A stretch of 64,000 nucleotides of DNA, taken from the NCBI GenBank assembly GCA_964057225.1, contig OZ059894.1:18786001-18850000 (forward strand). The letters are read 5' to 3'. Under the pieces are notes generated by a model. It ran no database searches, was not told the DNA's origin, and saw nothing but the letters and a program-made list of their open reading frames with translations. Below, piece by piece: positions 20,501-32,619 of this stretch. Made by a program: the position numbers and the translations under genes. The DNA comes from Auanema rhodensis (Eukaryota; Animalia; Nematoda). Every line of letters begins with the position of its first letter. The first letter of the stretch is position 1.

Positions 20501-22771
20501 CACTTGTAAAGATGTAAAATACAAACCTTGTATTTCTCTTGCCTCTTTTTTAACTGATCCTTCTTCTTGTCGTTAGGTGGTACCCAACAACAAGAATGAT
20601 CTTCAGGCTTTGTTTGCCCACACTTTTTGCAAAATTTCTCATTGCAATTGTGCGGTCTATCAGCACGCACCCTGTGATAATGATCACAGTTTTCACATGT
20701 CTGAATTTAGTCTTGTTAAATTTTATATATATTTTTTAAATTACCTTAAACATTCGACATGTTTTTCTAATATGCCTGTCAAAGCATTGACGAGTTTTAA
20801 ACAAAACTCTACAACTATCACATCTTATGCTACTTTCAACCACATTTTCCATCGAATTACATTTTAAGGTGTGGCATTTCTTACACTTGGCTTTACATCT
20901 ATGCATCACTGTTTTGTAAGATAATTTACAGTGTTGGCATATAATACCATCAAAAATCTGTGATCTACTACAAGTTGTAATACAGTCATAATGATTATTT
21001 CGGTAGCCTAGTGTTACCACTTTGCTAGCCGTTTCATTAAAGATACGCTGAATAGCGTACATACGCTGTCCAGGTGGCCTAGCGTATACTACAAACTTAT
21101 AGTCTGTATTACAACTTGCAATAATATTTAAATGGTTCAAATTATAATTTGGTAAATGTACAGAAATACCACATCTATTCAATAAATTGATATGATGTGG
21201 TTGATTTGGCAACAAGATGTAGTTGCGACGAAGATTTTGAATCCTCCGCTTCTCAACAACATCTTCTGCTGCCTCTTCATCGGCTCTCCACATTCCCACA
21301 ACTGCTGCTCTAGCCAGGCAATGAGTGTCAGTGTTTTCAATTGTGCCAGGTATTTTGAGTTCGGCATCAAAATAGAAACCAACTCTACCTTCACCAGGCA
21401 TCAGGCTTGGCTGCACTGGTCTCTCATCAAACACATACATTTCAATATTCATTGCCTGGCTAATTACAGCCTCTCGCTTTGATTGCTGCACCTTGCTGAT
21501 GGCATTCATGATGGCAACGCCATCCAAATGCTCCCTTCTACGGAAATCCATAAATATGGATCCCTTTTCAAAGGATGGGTGCTCTATTGATAGACAAAAT
21601 AGCGCTTTTTGTTTATCTGGCACACCACTTTCAGCAAGGCACCGATCAAGAAACTCATTAAATAGCCGCGGCATGACAACATGCATTGGCTCATTAATGG
21701 CTTCCAAATGTGGGAACGTGAGCGATCTAACGACCACGTTGGTGAACCGACCAGTGCGTTTTATGCGTCGGTGTGACCACTATAATACACACTTTTTATA
21801 ATGGTTATACGCTTTTAGTTTAAATATAAATAATTTTTGTTTATAACTTTTAATAATATTACTTTTCTTTAAATTATTTTTATTAATGTTTAAAAATAAA
21901 TGGCATTTGATTTTTAAATATAAAGTTTTTTTTTTCAACTTTGAAAAAACTTTTATAAACATTTGTTAATGTTAAAAAATAAATGAAAAGGTCAAGATTG
22001 TGTTTTATTATTTTACTAGTTCAAAATGTTTGAAATATTTATAATTTGTAAGAATTCAAAATTGGTTGAAAGAAAGATAGATGAGGAAAGATAGATAGAT
22101 AGTGAGATGAAATGTAAAGATTTTAAAATGAATGCTGTTCAAAAGAATGAATATGTAAATTTCAAAATACTTGCAATTTGTTTGATAAAAGATATAGATT
22201 GAGATGAAATGTAAAGATGAGAGAGAGAGAATTTTATGAATGCAATTGAAAAAGAGAAATAAATTTCAAAATGTTTTCAAAATATGCAACTGGAGCAAGA
22301 GAAAATTTCATGTTTCAAAAGATATATTATGAAATGATATGTAAATAAAAGATCGCACCTCTATTTTACAGACATCGTTGAAAGCCGCTCCATATCCGAC
22401 TTGCCCTCCACTGGTTGATGGGGTAGCGGGATCCCATTCTCTTAAAAAGAAAAAACTAATTGTTATAATTTTTAATATCGCTTACTCATCACTGTCATCC
22501 AAGGTTATTACTTCAATAACCCTTGATGATGAGGGCCCACTGTTAAAAGTGGGTGATGTGGGCTCACAGAGCTCGATCCCACCAGCCTCGGTAAACTTTA
22601 TACGTTTACTAAAAAACAAAATATATATAAAGATTCAAAATATTGTTAAATTACCTGAGCTGATTAATCTCTTCATAATCAAATCCTAGCTCTTCACATA
22701 AACGTTTATAACTGAAAAAAGAAAAAGTTTACAAACAAATAATCAAAAAGACACAACCTATTAGCAGCCAT
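17553..22771 (-). CDS. pPolB: Protein-primed DNA polymerase B, 14 exons, ~1369 aa
   Basis: Exons 22771-22758, 22711-22655, 22608-22486, 22440-22359, 21779-20745, 20700-20527, 20481-19699, 19652-19425, 19381-19295, 19252-18548, 18505-18399, 18354-18077, 18033-17828, 17783-17553 total 4110 nt in one frame. Splicing restores ExoI IIFYDFET, ExoII AHNGSRFD, ExoIII YCRTDV, motif A DFCSLYP, motif B KLQLNS/VWGK, motif C YT/DTDS and KAKGV/TL. The four 5'-most exons are less certain than the rest. Confidence 0.9.
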
Positions 22772-22978
22772 TGTACCTTGATATAATGAATATATCAGTC
22801 TACACATTGCTGTTGGCATTGTAATTTGTTATGTAACATGGATTTGGGTACAGCTGTCAAAACTAGCAGTTGCGATAAACTTTAAAATAAATAAGCTTAT
22901 TGAATACATCTGTTTTTATTGTCCCCGTCGGATTAATTTTTGTTATTAGTTCTTATTAAATTAACTTTATGCGTTTCA

Positions 22979-23583
22979 TTGAGGTCAGCGCAACTGTTTG
23001 TTAATCTTATTGTATTTACCTTCAATGTGTGCTCTATTTAGTTATTGTATCGTTATATTAGTAAAATAAAGTTTAAAACTAATCTTTTATTATAATTTGA
23101 AACTTTTACTTGTTAGAATAAATATAATTAATAACAATTTGTAATTTCAAAAATTAATAATTTAATGTCATTCTTATCGAATTAACCTTCGATATGTGTT
23201 CCATTAAATTTTGGTATTTTATATCGTTCTTATCGAATTAACCTTCGATATGTGTTCCATTAAATTTTGTATTTCATATCGTTCTTATCGAATTAACCTT
23301 CGATATGTGTTCCATTGAACTACCCGTAACAAGTACGGTGAACAAAACGATATACATGCAAAAATTTTACTGTTCTTTAAAATAAAAACAATACAAACAC
23401 AATACAATAAAAAATAAACAAAATAAGTAAACAAACATTATTAATAAATTTAATAAATAAATAAAATTTAAAAAACAAATTTACATATTTAAATATTTAA
23501 AATTTATAATTTTTATTTTTACTTAATATATTTAAAAATAATTAAAACTATATACATACATTTGAATAAACAAATTTAAAATT

Positions 23584-23621
<38 letters not shown>

Positions 23622-23826
23622 GCTTTAAATCATGATTTTTAAATTTAAAAAAGGAAAATCCATGAACCATGATCCCAAAATATGATTTTAACAGCTGACG
23701 CTCAAAAATATGTTTTTGACAGCTGACGCGCCCCAAAAGTATGTTTTTAGCAGCTGACGCCCCCAAAAGTATGTTTTTGACAGCTGTTTGGGGGCGTGGT
23801 TAGTAAATTTTGCACGGCTCTCTACT
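22979..23826 (-). repeat. Right terminal inverted repeat of Maverick copy 1 (~848 bp)
   Basis: Reverse complement of 8239-9233, with scattered mismatches and a shorter AT-rich block. Confidence 0.9.
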
Positions 23827-26800
23827 TGTGAACTTATATCAGTTGATATCTCGGTGCATTTTTAAGCTAGCACAAATCTGATAACACAGATCGACGCAGC
23901 TTAAAAATCCGCATCGAATGCACTATACTACATTGAGAAACGCTTAATACAAAAATTAGTTATGATCGTTTGAAAAATGATGCATTAGTGTATGTTGAGT
24001 TTCCATGTACACTCAACATTGCTTCCAAAAACATTTTGACAAAAATTTTTTCGAAAAATTTCAAAATAATTTAGCAAAAAGTAGATGTTTTTAGATTCCT
24101 TTTTTCAAGGCAAAGACGATGGACAATGTTATTCAACGAAAAAATTAATTCTTCAGGGTGAAAATCGAGGATATAAGTGTGAACTTATATCAGTTGATAT
24201 CTCGGTGCATTTTTAAGCTAGCGCAAATCTGATAACACAGATCGACGCAGCTTAAAAATCCGCATCGAATGCACTATACTACATTGAGAAACGCTTAATA
24301 CAAAAATTAGTTATGATCGTTTGAAAAATGATGCATTAGTGTATGTTGAGTTTCCATGTACACTCAACATTGCTTCCAAAAACATTTTGACAAAAATTTT
24401 TTCGAAAAATTTCAAAATAATTTAGCAAAAAGTAGATGTTTTTAGATTCCTTTTTTCAAGGCAAAGACGATGGACAATGTTATTCAACGAAAAAATTAAT
24501 TCTTCAGGGTGAAAATCGAGGATATAAGTGTGAACTTATATCAGTTGATATCTCGGTGCATTTTTAAGCTAGCGCAAATCTGATAACACAGATCGACGCA
24601 GCTTAAAAATCCGCATCGAATGCACTATACTACATTGAGAAACGCTTAATACAAAAATTAGTTATGATCGTTTGAAAAATGATGCATTAGTGTATGTTGA
24701 GTTTCCATGTACACTCAACATTGCTTCCAAAAACATTTTGACAAAAATTTTTTCGAAAAATTTCAAAATAATTTAGCAAAAAGTAGATGTTTTTAGATTC
24801 CTTTTTTCAAGGCAAAGACGATGGACAATGTTATTCAACGAAAAAATTAATTCTTCAGGGTGAAAATCGAGGATATAAGTGTGAACTTATATCAGTTGAT
24901 ATCTCGGTGCATTTTTAAGCTAGCGCAAATCTGATAACACAGATCGACGCAGCTTAAAAATCCGCATCGAATGCACTATACTACATTGAGAAACGCTTAA
25001 TACAAAAATTAGTTATGATCGTTTGAAAAATGATGCATTAGTGTATGTTGAGTTTCCATGTACACTCAACATTGCTTCCAAAAACATTTTGACAAAAATT
25101 TTTTCGAAAAATTTCAAAATAATTTAGCAAAAAGTAGATGTTTTTAGATTCCTTTTTTCAAGGCAAAGACGATGGACAATGTTATTCAACGAAAAAAATA
25201 ATTCTTCAGGGTGAAAATCGAGGATATAAGTGTGAACTTATATCAGTTGATATCTCGGTGCATTTTTAAGCTAGCGCAAATCTGATAACACAGATCGACG
25301 CAGCTTAAAAATCCGCATCGAATGCACTATACTACATTGAGAAACGCTTAATACAAAAATTAGTTATGATCGTTTGAAAAATGATGCATTAGTGTATGTT
25401 GAGTTTCCATGTACACTCAACATTGCTTCCAAAAACATTTTGACAAAAATTTTTTCGAAAAATTTCAAGATAATATAGCAAAAAGTAGATGTTTTTAGAT
25501 TCCTTTTTTCAAGGCAAAGACGATGGACAATGTTATTCAACGAAAAAATTAATTCTTCAGGGTGAAAATCGAGGATATAAGTGTGAACTTATATCAGTTG
25601 AGATCTCGGTGCATTTTTAAGCTAGCGCAAATCTGATAACACAGATCGACGCAGCTTGAAAATCCGCATCGAATGCACTATACTACATTGAGAAACGCTT
25701 AATACAAAAATTAGTTATGATCGTTTGAAAAATGATGCATTAGTGTATGTTGAGTTTCCATGTACACTCAACATTGCTTCCAAAAACATTTTGACAAAAA
25801 TTTTTTCGAAAAATTTCAAAATAATTTAGCAAAAAGTAGATGTTTTTAGATTCCTTTTTTCAAGGCAAAGACGATGGACAATGTTATTCAACGAAAAAAT
25901 TAATTCTTCAGGGTGAAAATCGAGGATATAAGTGTGAACTTATATCAGTTGATATCTCGGTGCATTTTTAAGCTAGCGCAAATCTGATAACACAGATCGA
26001 CGCAGCTTAAAAATCCGCATCGAATGCACTATACTACATTGAGAAACGCTTAATACAAAAATTAGTTATGATCGTTTGAAAAATGATGCATTAGTGTATG
26101 TTGAGTTTCCATGTACACTCAACATTGCTTCCAAAAACATTTTGACAAAAATTTTTTCAAAAAATTTCAAAATAATTTAGCAAAAAGTAGATGTTTTTAG
26201 ATTCCTTTTTTCAAGGCAAAGACGATGGACAATGTTATTCAACGAAAAAATTAATTCTTCAGGGTGAAAATCGAGGATATAAGTGTGAACTTATATCAGT
26301 TGATATCTCGGTGCATTTTTAAGCTAGCACAAATCTGATAACACAGATCGACGCAGCTTAAAAATCCGCATCGAATGCACTATACTACATTGAGAAACGC
26401 TTAATACAAAAATTAGTTATGATCGTTTGAAAAATGATGCATTAGTGTATGTTGAGTTTCCATGTACACTCAACATTGCTTCCAAAAACATTTTGACAAA
26501 AATTTTTTCGAAAAATTTCAAAATAATTTAGCAAAAAGTAGATGTTTTTAGATTCCTTTTTTCAAGGCAAAGACGATGGACAATGTTATTCAACGAAAAA
26601 ATTAATTCTTCAGGGTGAAAATCGAGGATATAAGTGTGAACTTATATCAGTTGATATCTCGGTGCATTTTTAAGCTAGCGCAAATCTGATAACACAGATC
26701 GACGCAGCTTAAAAATCCGCATCGAATGCACTATACTACATTGAGAAACGCTTAATACAAAAATTAGTTATGATCGTTTGAAAAATGATGCATTAGTGTA

Positions 26801-28044
26801 TGTTGAGTTTCCATGTACACTCAACATTGCTTCCAAAAACATTTTGACAAAAATTTTTTCGAAAAATTTCAAAATAATTTAGCAAAAAGTAGATGTTTTT
26901 AGATTCCTTTTTTCAAGGCAAAGACGATGGACAATGTTATTCAACGAAAAAATTAATTCTTCAGGGTGAAAATCGAGGATATAAGTGTGAACTTATATCA
27001 GTTGATATCTCGGTGCATTTTTAAGCTAGCGCAAATCTGATAACACAGATCGACGCAGCTTAAAAATCCGCATCGAATGCACTATACTACATTGAGAAAC
27101 GCTTAATACAAAAATTAGTTATGATCGTTTGAAAAATGATGCATTAGTGTATGTTGAGTTTCCATGTACACTCAACATTGCTTCCAAAAACATTTTGACA
27201 AAAATTTTTTCGAAAAATTTCAAAATAATTTAGCAAAAAGTAGATGTTTTTAGATTCCTTTTTTCAAGGCAAAGACGATGGACAATGTTATTCAACGAAA
27301 AAATTAATTCTTCAGGGTGAAAATCGAGGATATAAGTGTGAACTTATATCAGTTGATATCTCGGTGCATTTTTAAGCTAGCGCAAATCTGATAACACAGA
27401 TCGACGCAGCTTAAAAATCCGCATCGAATGCACTATACTACATTGAGAAACGCTTAATACAAAAATTAGTTATGATCGTTTGAAAAATGATGCATTAGTG
27501 TATGTTGAGTTTCCATGTACACTCAACATTGCTTCCAAAAACATTTTGACAAAAATTTTTTCGAAAAATTTCAAAATAATTTAGCAAAAAGTAGATGTTT
27601 TTAGATTCCTTTTTTCAAGGCAAAGACGATGGACAATGTTATTCAACGAAAAAATTAATTCTTCAGGGTGAAAATCGAGGATATAAGTGTGAACTTATAT
27701 CAGTTGATATCTCGGTGCATTTTTAAGCTAGCGCAAATCTGATAACACAGATCGACGCAGCTTAAAAATCCGCATCGAATGCACTATACTACATTGAGAA
27801 ACGCTTAATGCAAAAATTAGTTATGATCGTTTGAAAAATGATGCATTAGTGTATGTTGAGTTTCCATGTACACTCAACATTGCTTCCAAAAACATTTTGA
27901 CAAAAATTTTTTCGAAAAATTTCAAAATAATTTAGCAAAAAGTAGATGTTTTTAGATTCCTTTTTTCAAGGCAAAGACGATGGACAATGTTATTCAACGA
28001 AAAAAATAATTCTTCAGGGTGAAAATCAAGGATATAAGTGTGAA
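23827..28044. repeat. 351-bp satellite, 12 monomers between the Maverick copies
   Basis: 4218 bp = 6-bp TSD + 12 x 351. Confidence 0.97.
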
Positions 28045-29039
28045 AGTAGAGAGCCGTGCAAAATTTACTAACCACGCCCCCAAACAGCTGTCAAAAACAT
28101 ACTTTTGGGGGCGTCAGCTGCTAAAAACATACTTTTGGGGCGCGTCAGCTGTCAAAAACATATTTTTGAGCGTCAGCTGTTAAAATCATATTTTAGGATC
28201 ATGGTTCATGGATTTTCCTTTTTTAAATATAAAAGTCATGATTTAAAGCATGATTTTTTTTTTTTTTGATTTTTTTTTTAAATTTTTTTTTTTTTTAAAA
28301 TCAAATTTAAATATGCTTTTTCAAATGTATGTATATATTTTCAATTATTTTTAAATATATTAAGTAAAAATAAAAATCTTAATTTTAAATATTTAAATTA
28401 TATTTAAATTTTATATATATATAAATTTTATTTAAACTTTAATTATTCAAATTATATTTAAATTTTATATATATAAATTATATTTAAACTTTAAATTTTA
28501 TATATAAATTATATTTAAATTTTAAATATATAAATTTGTTTTTAAATTTTATTTATTTCTTTATTATATTTATTAATAATGTTTGTTTACTTATTTTGTT
28601 TATTTTTTATTGTATTGTGTTTGTATTGTTTTTATTTTAAAGATCAATAAAATTTTTGCATGTAGATAATTTTGTTCACCGTACTTGTTATGGGTAATTC
28701 AATGGAACACATATCGAAAGTTAATTCGATACGAACGATATGAAATACCAAAATTTAATGGAACACATATCGAAGGTTAATTCGATAAGAACGATATGAA
28801 ATACCAAAATTTAATGGAACACATATCGAAGGTTAATTCGATAAGAACGACATTAAATTATTAATTTTTGAAATTGCGAATTGTTATTAATTATATTTAT
28901 TCTAACAAGTAAAGGTTTCAAATTATAATAAAAGATTAGTTTTAAACTTTATTTTACTAATATAACAATACAATAACTCTATAGAGCACACATTGAAGGT
29001 AAATACAATAAGATTAACAAACAGTTGCGCTGACCTCAA
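28045..29039 (+). repeat. Left TIR of Maverick copy 2
   Basis: Matches 8239-9233 (one T>C seen at 28448). Confidence 0.9.
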
Positions 29040-29673
29040 CGCCACGCATATCGATGGTTAATAAACAGTAATAACTGCACTGTGGGGGTTTAAATATAGT
29101 ATAATCATTTTAACATTTCAAAAGTTTTAGTTTCGTAATATAATCATTGGTAAATATTAAAGAATGAAATATTTTTCACATATAAAACGTTGGCAGTCAT
29201 ATGTTTTGTGGTACAATATGGGTGTAAAAGTATACTATGAATAATATATGAGCTATTAAGCAAAGTTTAAAAAGCCTAAATGTTTTACAGAGATGGCTGT
29301 TGTTTATGGCACAAACGGTAAACAATAATGTTTAAAGAGATGTAAAAACTAATTAATATGCAGATTGTTTACAGGTTCAGAGTGCGCCAACTGCTGGCAA
29401 CTGTCGATAAGATGAGTATATCTGCATAAATATGCTGTAAAATCTAATTAATAAGAGAATTTCATCAGCAAACTTGATTGTAACACAATGGGTTGTACTT
29501 TACAAAAATCTTTGTATAAAAGGTTGGCAATTTTGCTACATTTACATTTCAGCTCTGCCAACTATCCGAGGATCCGACGTTTCACCATCTCCTGCCACTC
29601 TTTGCCAATCGCCATAGACTGCTCCTCTCTGCAAGTTTGCCTTATATTTTAGAAAGTTGGATCTTTAGCGGAA

Positions 29674-30258
29674 ATGAAGCGTGCTGTACTTGCTGATGTG
29701 ACAAATGTGGTGCGCAAATCGCCTGAACCTGAAGTACCACGACCACCCACACCAGCACCAAATTTTACAAGTTTTGGTATGAACCTTAACTTGTATTTTT
29801 TAAATCTTTAATTTAGATTCACCAATAAAGCAGATGGAGATTCTGAGAGAGAGCACTCCACCAAGGAGTGTATTAATGAGACCAATTTGTCTCTGCAAAA
29901 CTTGTAGGGAATCATTGCAGGTTATAGACGAGTATCACTGTTTCAGCCTCTGTATAAAGTGTAGAGGAAGGAATGATGCGTTGGGTCTTTTGAAGGAATT
30001 TCGTCACTATAAGCCCGAAAAGTTCTCTATTAATGTAAGCTTGCATATTTATTTATTTTCAATTTTATCATTTTTTAGATGCGCTCTTATAACACCATGA
30101 CGTGCAAGCAATTGTTGAACAATATGGGCTATATTGTTATATATGCAGATGAGGCTACTATAAAGACTTTTGGTTATAAGCAGAATGTATTCTACTTTAA
30201 ACTAAGTCCAGAAGCACTCAACCTGAACATGTTTATCCGCTTTGATCCTTCATTTTGA
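29674..30258 (+). CDS. Spliced left-end D-box/Cys-cluster protein, copy 2
   Basis: Same sequence and splice sites as 9868-10452. Confidence 0.7.
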
Positions 30259-30561
30259 CTACAACAAGCACAAATAGTACAATTGGCGTTTTATTCTTGT
30301 TTTGTTATGTGGCATTTTTATATTCTCAGCCGTAACATTTTTTTTTTTTCCAGCTCTTGCGAATATCCATCAATGGCTCATCAATTGAGGACAAATGATC
30401 AACCAACTGGTAAGAATTTGAAAATTTGAATAGTCTACATTTTTTTTTTTTTCCAGGTTGAATTGTTGTTGTTTGTATTTTGCTGGTTTTTTATTGTTAC
30501 ATTATGCGATATATCAAATAAATCATTTATTATAATTACAATTGTTTATAACATTGAAAAA

Positions 30562-31629
30562 TTATACATTTAAATTTTCTGCATCTATCCATTCATTAAA
30601 GTTGTCGGGATATCCACTCCATTTTACAAAAACTTGACGTTTACCGCTTCGAGTACGCTCTTTTAAAACTTTTTCTATATAGTACTTGTTGCTTTTATTA
30701 GTAGCCAAGACAAGTTCAGGTTCGTAGAATATTCCCTTTATACGTTCACCATTATAATCTACAAGTTTATACACGGTTGGGTTTCCTGTTACAACCTCAT
30801 CAATTGTGAATAGCTCCATTGTATATCCAGACTCGTAGCTTTTTTCAAAAGTACGCCTATTTTTGCTTATGCGAACAGTATCACCAATTTTAAAGCGGCT
30901 TTTAACAGCTGGTGCATATTCTTCAATGAATATATTTGCTTTAACATCAATGGGCCGCATTTTTATAGAGCGGTTATAAGATTTGTTTATTCCTTCAACC
31001 AAATCATCTAGGATATCAATCCAACGATGATTATTCTTGTAATAGAGATATTTCATCATGCGTGTTTTTAAAGTTCTATTTGCTCGCTCCACCATTGCAG
31101 CCTTTTGTGGTGAACTTGTAGATCCGTGCAGTATGGCAAACTTTTTGAATAGTTTTTCACAATGACTATTATAAAACTCTGTGCCATTATCAGTAATCAA
31201 CTGAATTGGTATAAAATTCTTGAATAAACTTTCAAATGCACTAGCAACCTCTATACCACCTTTAGTTTTCAAAGGCCTAACATATAACATGCGTGTATAA
31301 ACATCAATCATGGTCAACATGTAAGCATAGCCGTCGTTTAATTTTTTATATTTTTGCATATCAACCAAATCTGCTTGCACTGTTAGAAATCGACCACATC
31401 CTCTAGTCTTTCTAGTCTGCATACGCATTCTGGTTGGTTTATGCCGTGTAAAAGTTTCAGAATCTTGCAAAAAATCATCAACTTGTACCTTTGAAATGCC
31501 ATGTTTTCGTGCTTGCGATAATAAATTCTTGGCTGATGTAAATGAAGTTGGGTGTTTTATATCGTAATAAATGCTCGCCAAAATATCATTTCCATAATCT
31601 AATGTAGAATCTTTTACGACCTTGGCCAT
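30562..31629 (-). CDS. Integrase with chromodomain, copy 2
   Basis: Translation identical to copy 1. Confidence 0.95.
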   Translation of the reverse strand: MAKVVKDSTLDYGNDILASIYYDIKHPTSFTSAKNLLSQARKHGISKVQVDDFLQDSETFTRHKPTRMRMQTRKTRGCGRFLTVQADLVDMQKYKKLNDGYAYMLTMIDVYTRMLYVRPLKTKGGIEVASAFESLFKNFIPIQLITDNGTEFYNSHCEKLFKKFAILHGSTSSPQKAAMVERANRTLKTRMMKYLYYKNNHRWIDILDDLVEGINKSYNRSIKMRPIDVKANIFIEEYAPAVKSRFKIGDTVRISKNRRTFEKSYESGYTMELFTIDEVVTGNPTVYKLVDYNGERIKGIFYEPELVLATNKSNKYYIEKVLKERTRSGKRQVFVKWSGYPDNFNEWIDAENLNV

Positions 31630-32302
31630 TCTGTGAGTCTCCTTCTTGTGGTGTGTAATATGATTCGGCGGCAGTATCAAAAGTCTTTGACCTTTTACTT
31701 TTGAGTGTACGAACCGGTGATGGTGAATATCGAATAACAGCTTTACGATGACGAGGCGTTCTAGGTAATATAGTAGAGTCCAAGTCTGTAACAGCCGGTT
31801 CAGCTCTATTTACAACGTCAACTGAATCATTGTCAGCCGACTCTCTTCTAGTTTGTTTCTTGTTAGAACTAGGTACGCCTTTACTGGCTAAAAACTTTGA
31901 CAAGACTGAAAATCCATTGGGCTCCGTTTTTGTTTTATCCAGTACAAAATCTAAATTTTTTGTAATATTCGTGTTTGGTACAGCCTCATTATTAATCACA
32001 AGTTGATTACTCTTGTTTGTGCGCACCTCTGGAAATTTCTCCCACAAATTGTTATACTTTCTTGGCAACTTGTATTCTGGCAATAGAGGTGGATCAGCAT
32101 TTTCCACTTGTACTGATATGGGCGCATCTATACTTTCTCTATAGTTTTTGAGACGAGCAATCAAGTCTTCGTATAGTTCAGCCTTTTTATAGTCGGGTAT
32201 AGCTTTATTTTCTCGTAAAAGCTTGAGCTCTGCATCAAACTTGTCTATATTAATTGTTTCCTCGTCGACAGGAATTAGTCGATATTTATGGTTAAGCTTC
32301 AT
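31586..32302 (-). CDS. 238-aa Polinton protein, copy 2
   Basis: As copy 1, with K>E (32260) and I>N (31956) changes. Confidence 0.75.
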   Translation of the reverse strand: MKLNHKYRLIPVDEETINIDKFDAELKLLRENKAIPDYKKAELYEDLIARLKNYRESIDAPISVQVENADPPLLPEYKLPRKYNNLWEKFPEVRTNKSNQLVINNEAVPNTNITKNLDFVLDKTKTEPNGFSVLSKFLASKGVPSSNKKQTRRESADNDSVDVVNRAEPAVTDLDSTILPRTPRHRKAVIRYSPSPVRTLKSKRSKTFDTAAESYYTPQEGDSQNGQGRKRFYIRLWK

Positions 32303-32607
32303 GATTTAAAACCAAAATAGGCAATACCACATGTAACTATTGTTTTCAATTGTTTGTGTGAAAGCGTTGCCAATAATGATTTAGCCTTTTCCGGTGTGCG
32401 TATCAAAGCTATTTGACGTAATAATGAAGATATGGGCAAGAGGGTTTTATATTCCTTGTTAGTTAAAAGAAAATTATTATTTTTCACAATATTAAATACA
32501 ATTTCAACAATAATTTCAATTTGTGCAAAAGAAAATGAGGAAACAGAACAAGGAGTTTTGGCGCAAGAAGACAAAAAGTTGAAATTTGACAAAATACGAC
32601 CACTCAT
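32299..32607 (-). CDS. 102-aa small Polinton protein, copy 2
   Basis: Identical to copy 1. Confidence 0.7.
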   Translation of the reverse strand: MSGRILSNFNFLSSCAKTPCSVSSFSFAQIEIIVEIVFNIVKNNNFLLTNKEYKTLLPISSLLRQIALIRTPEKAKSLLATLSHKQLKTIVTCGIAYFGFKS

Positions 32608-32619
32608 TGAACAAGCACT

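Larger units (their letters stand above)
8239..23826. mobile_element. Maverick/Polinton (virus-like self-synthesizing transposon), copy 1, 15,588 bp
   Basis: Ends 5'-AGTAGAGAGCCG...CGGCTCTCTACT-3'; 6-bp TSD TGTGAA at 8233-8238 and 23827-23832; long TIRs; encodes pPolB, retroviral-like integrase, ATPase, cysteine protease and two capsid proteins. Confidence 0.97.

Noticed and set aside
17553-21737. Fragmented pPolB ORFs as a pseudogene
   Set aside because: Every break coincides with a 42-46-nt GT/GC-AG intron whose removal restores the frame and catalytic motifs.
12625-22689. Short antisense or overlapping ORFs (12625+, 13770-, 13971-, 14432-, 14541+, 14877+, 15292+, 15395+, 15795-, 15877-, 17363-, 17803+, 18315+, 18702+, 18961-, 19046+, 20114+, 20577+, 21179-, 21192+, 21493+, 21780-, 22378+) and their copy-2 equivalents
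   Set aside because: They are shadows of real genes or low-complexity AT sequence with no recognisable motifs, and many have non-ATG starts.
9868-22771. LxCxE Rb-binding motif in the left-end protein or pPolB leader
   Set aside because: The nearest strings (KTCRE, RLCEE, ELCEP) do not match LxCxE, so the E1A comparison is positional only.
23548-23766. 72-aa ORF in the right TIR (68 aa in copy 2)
   Set aside because: It runs through subterminal repeats and a variable poly-A tract, giving poly-Phe; not credible as coding.
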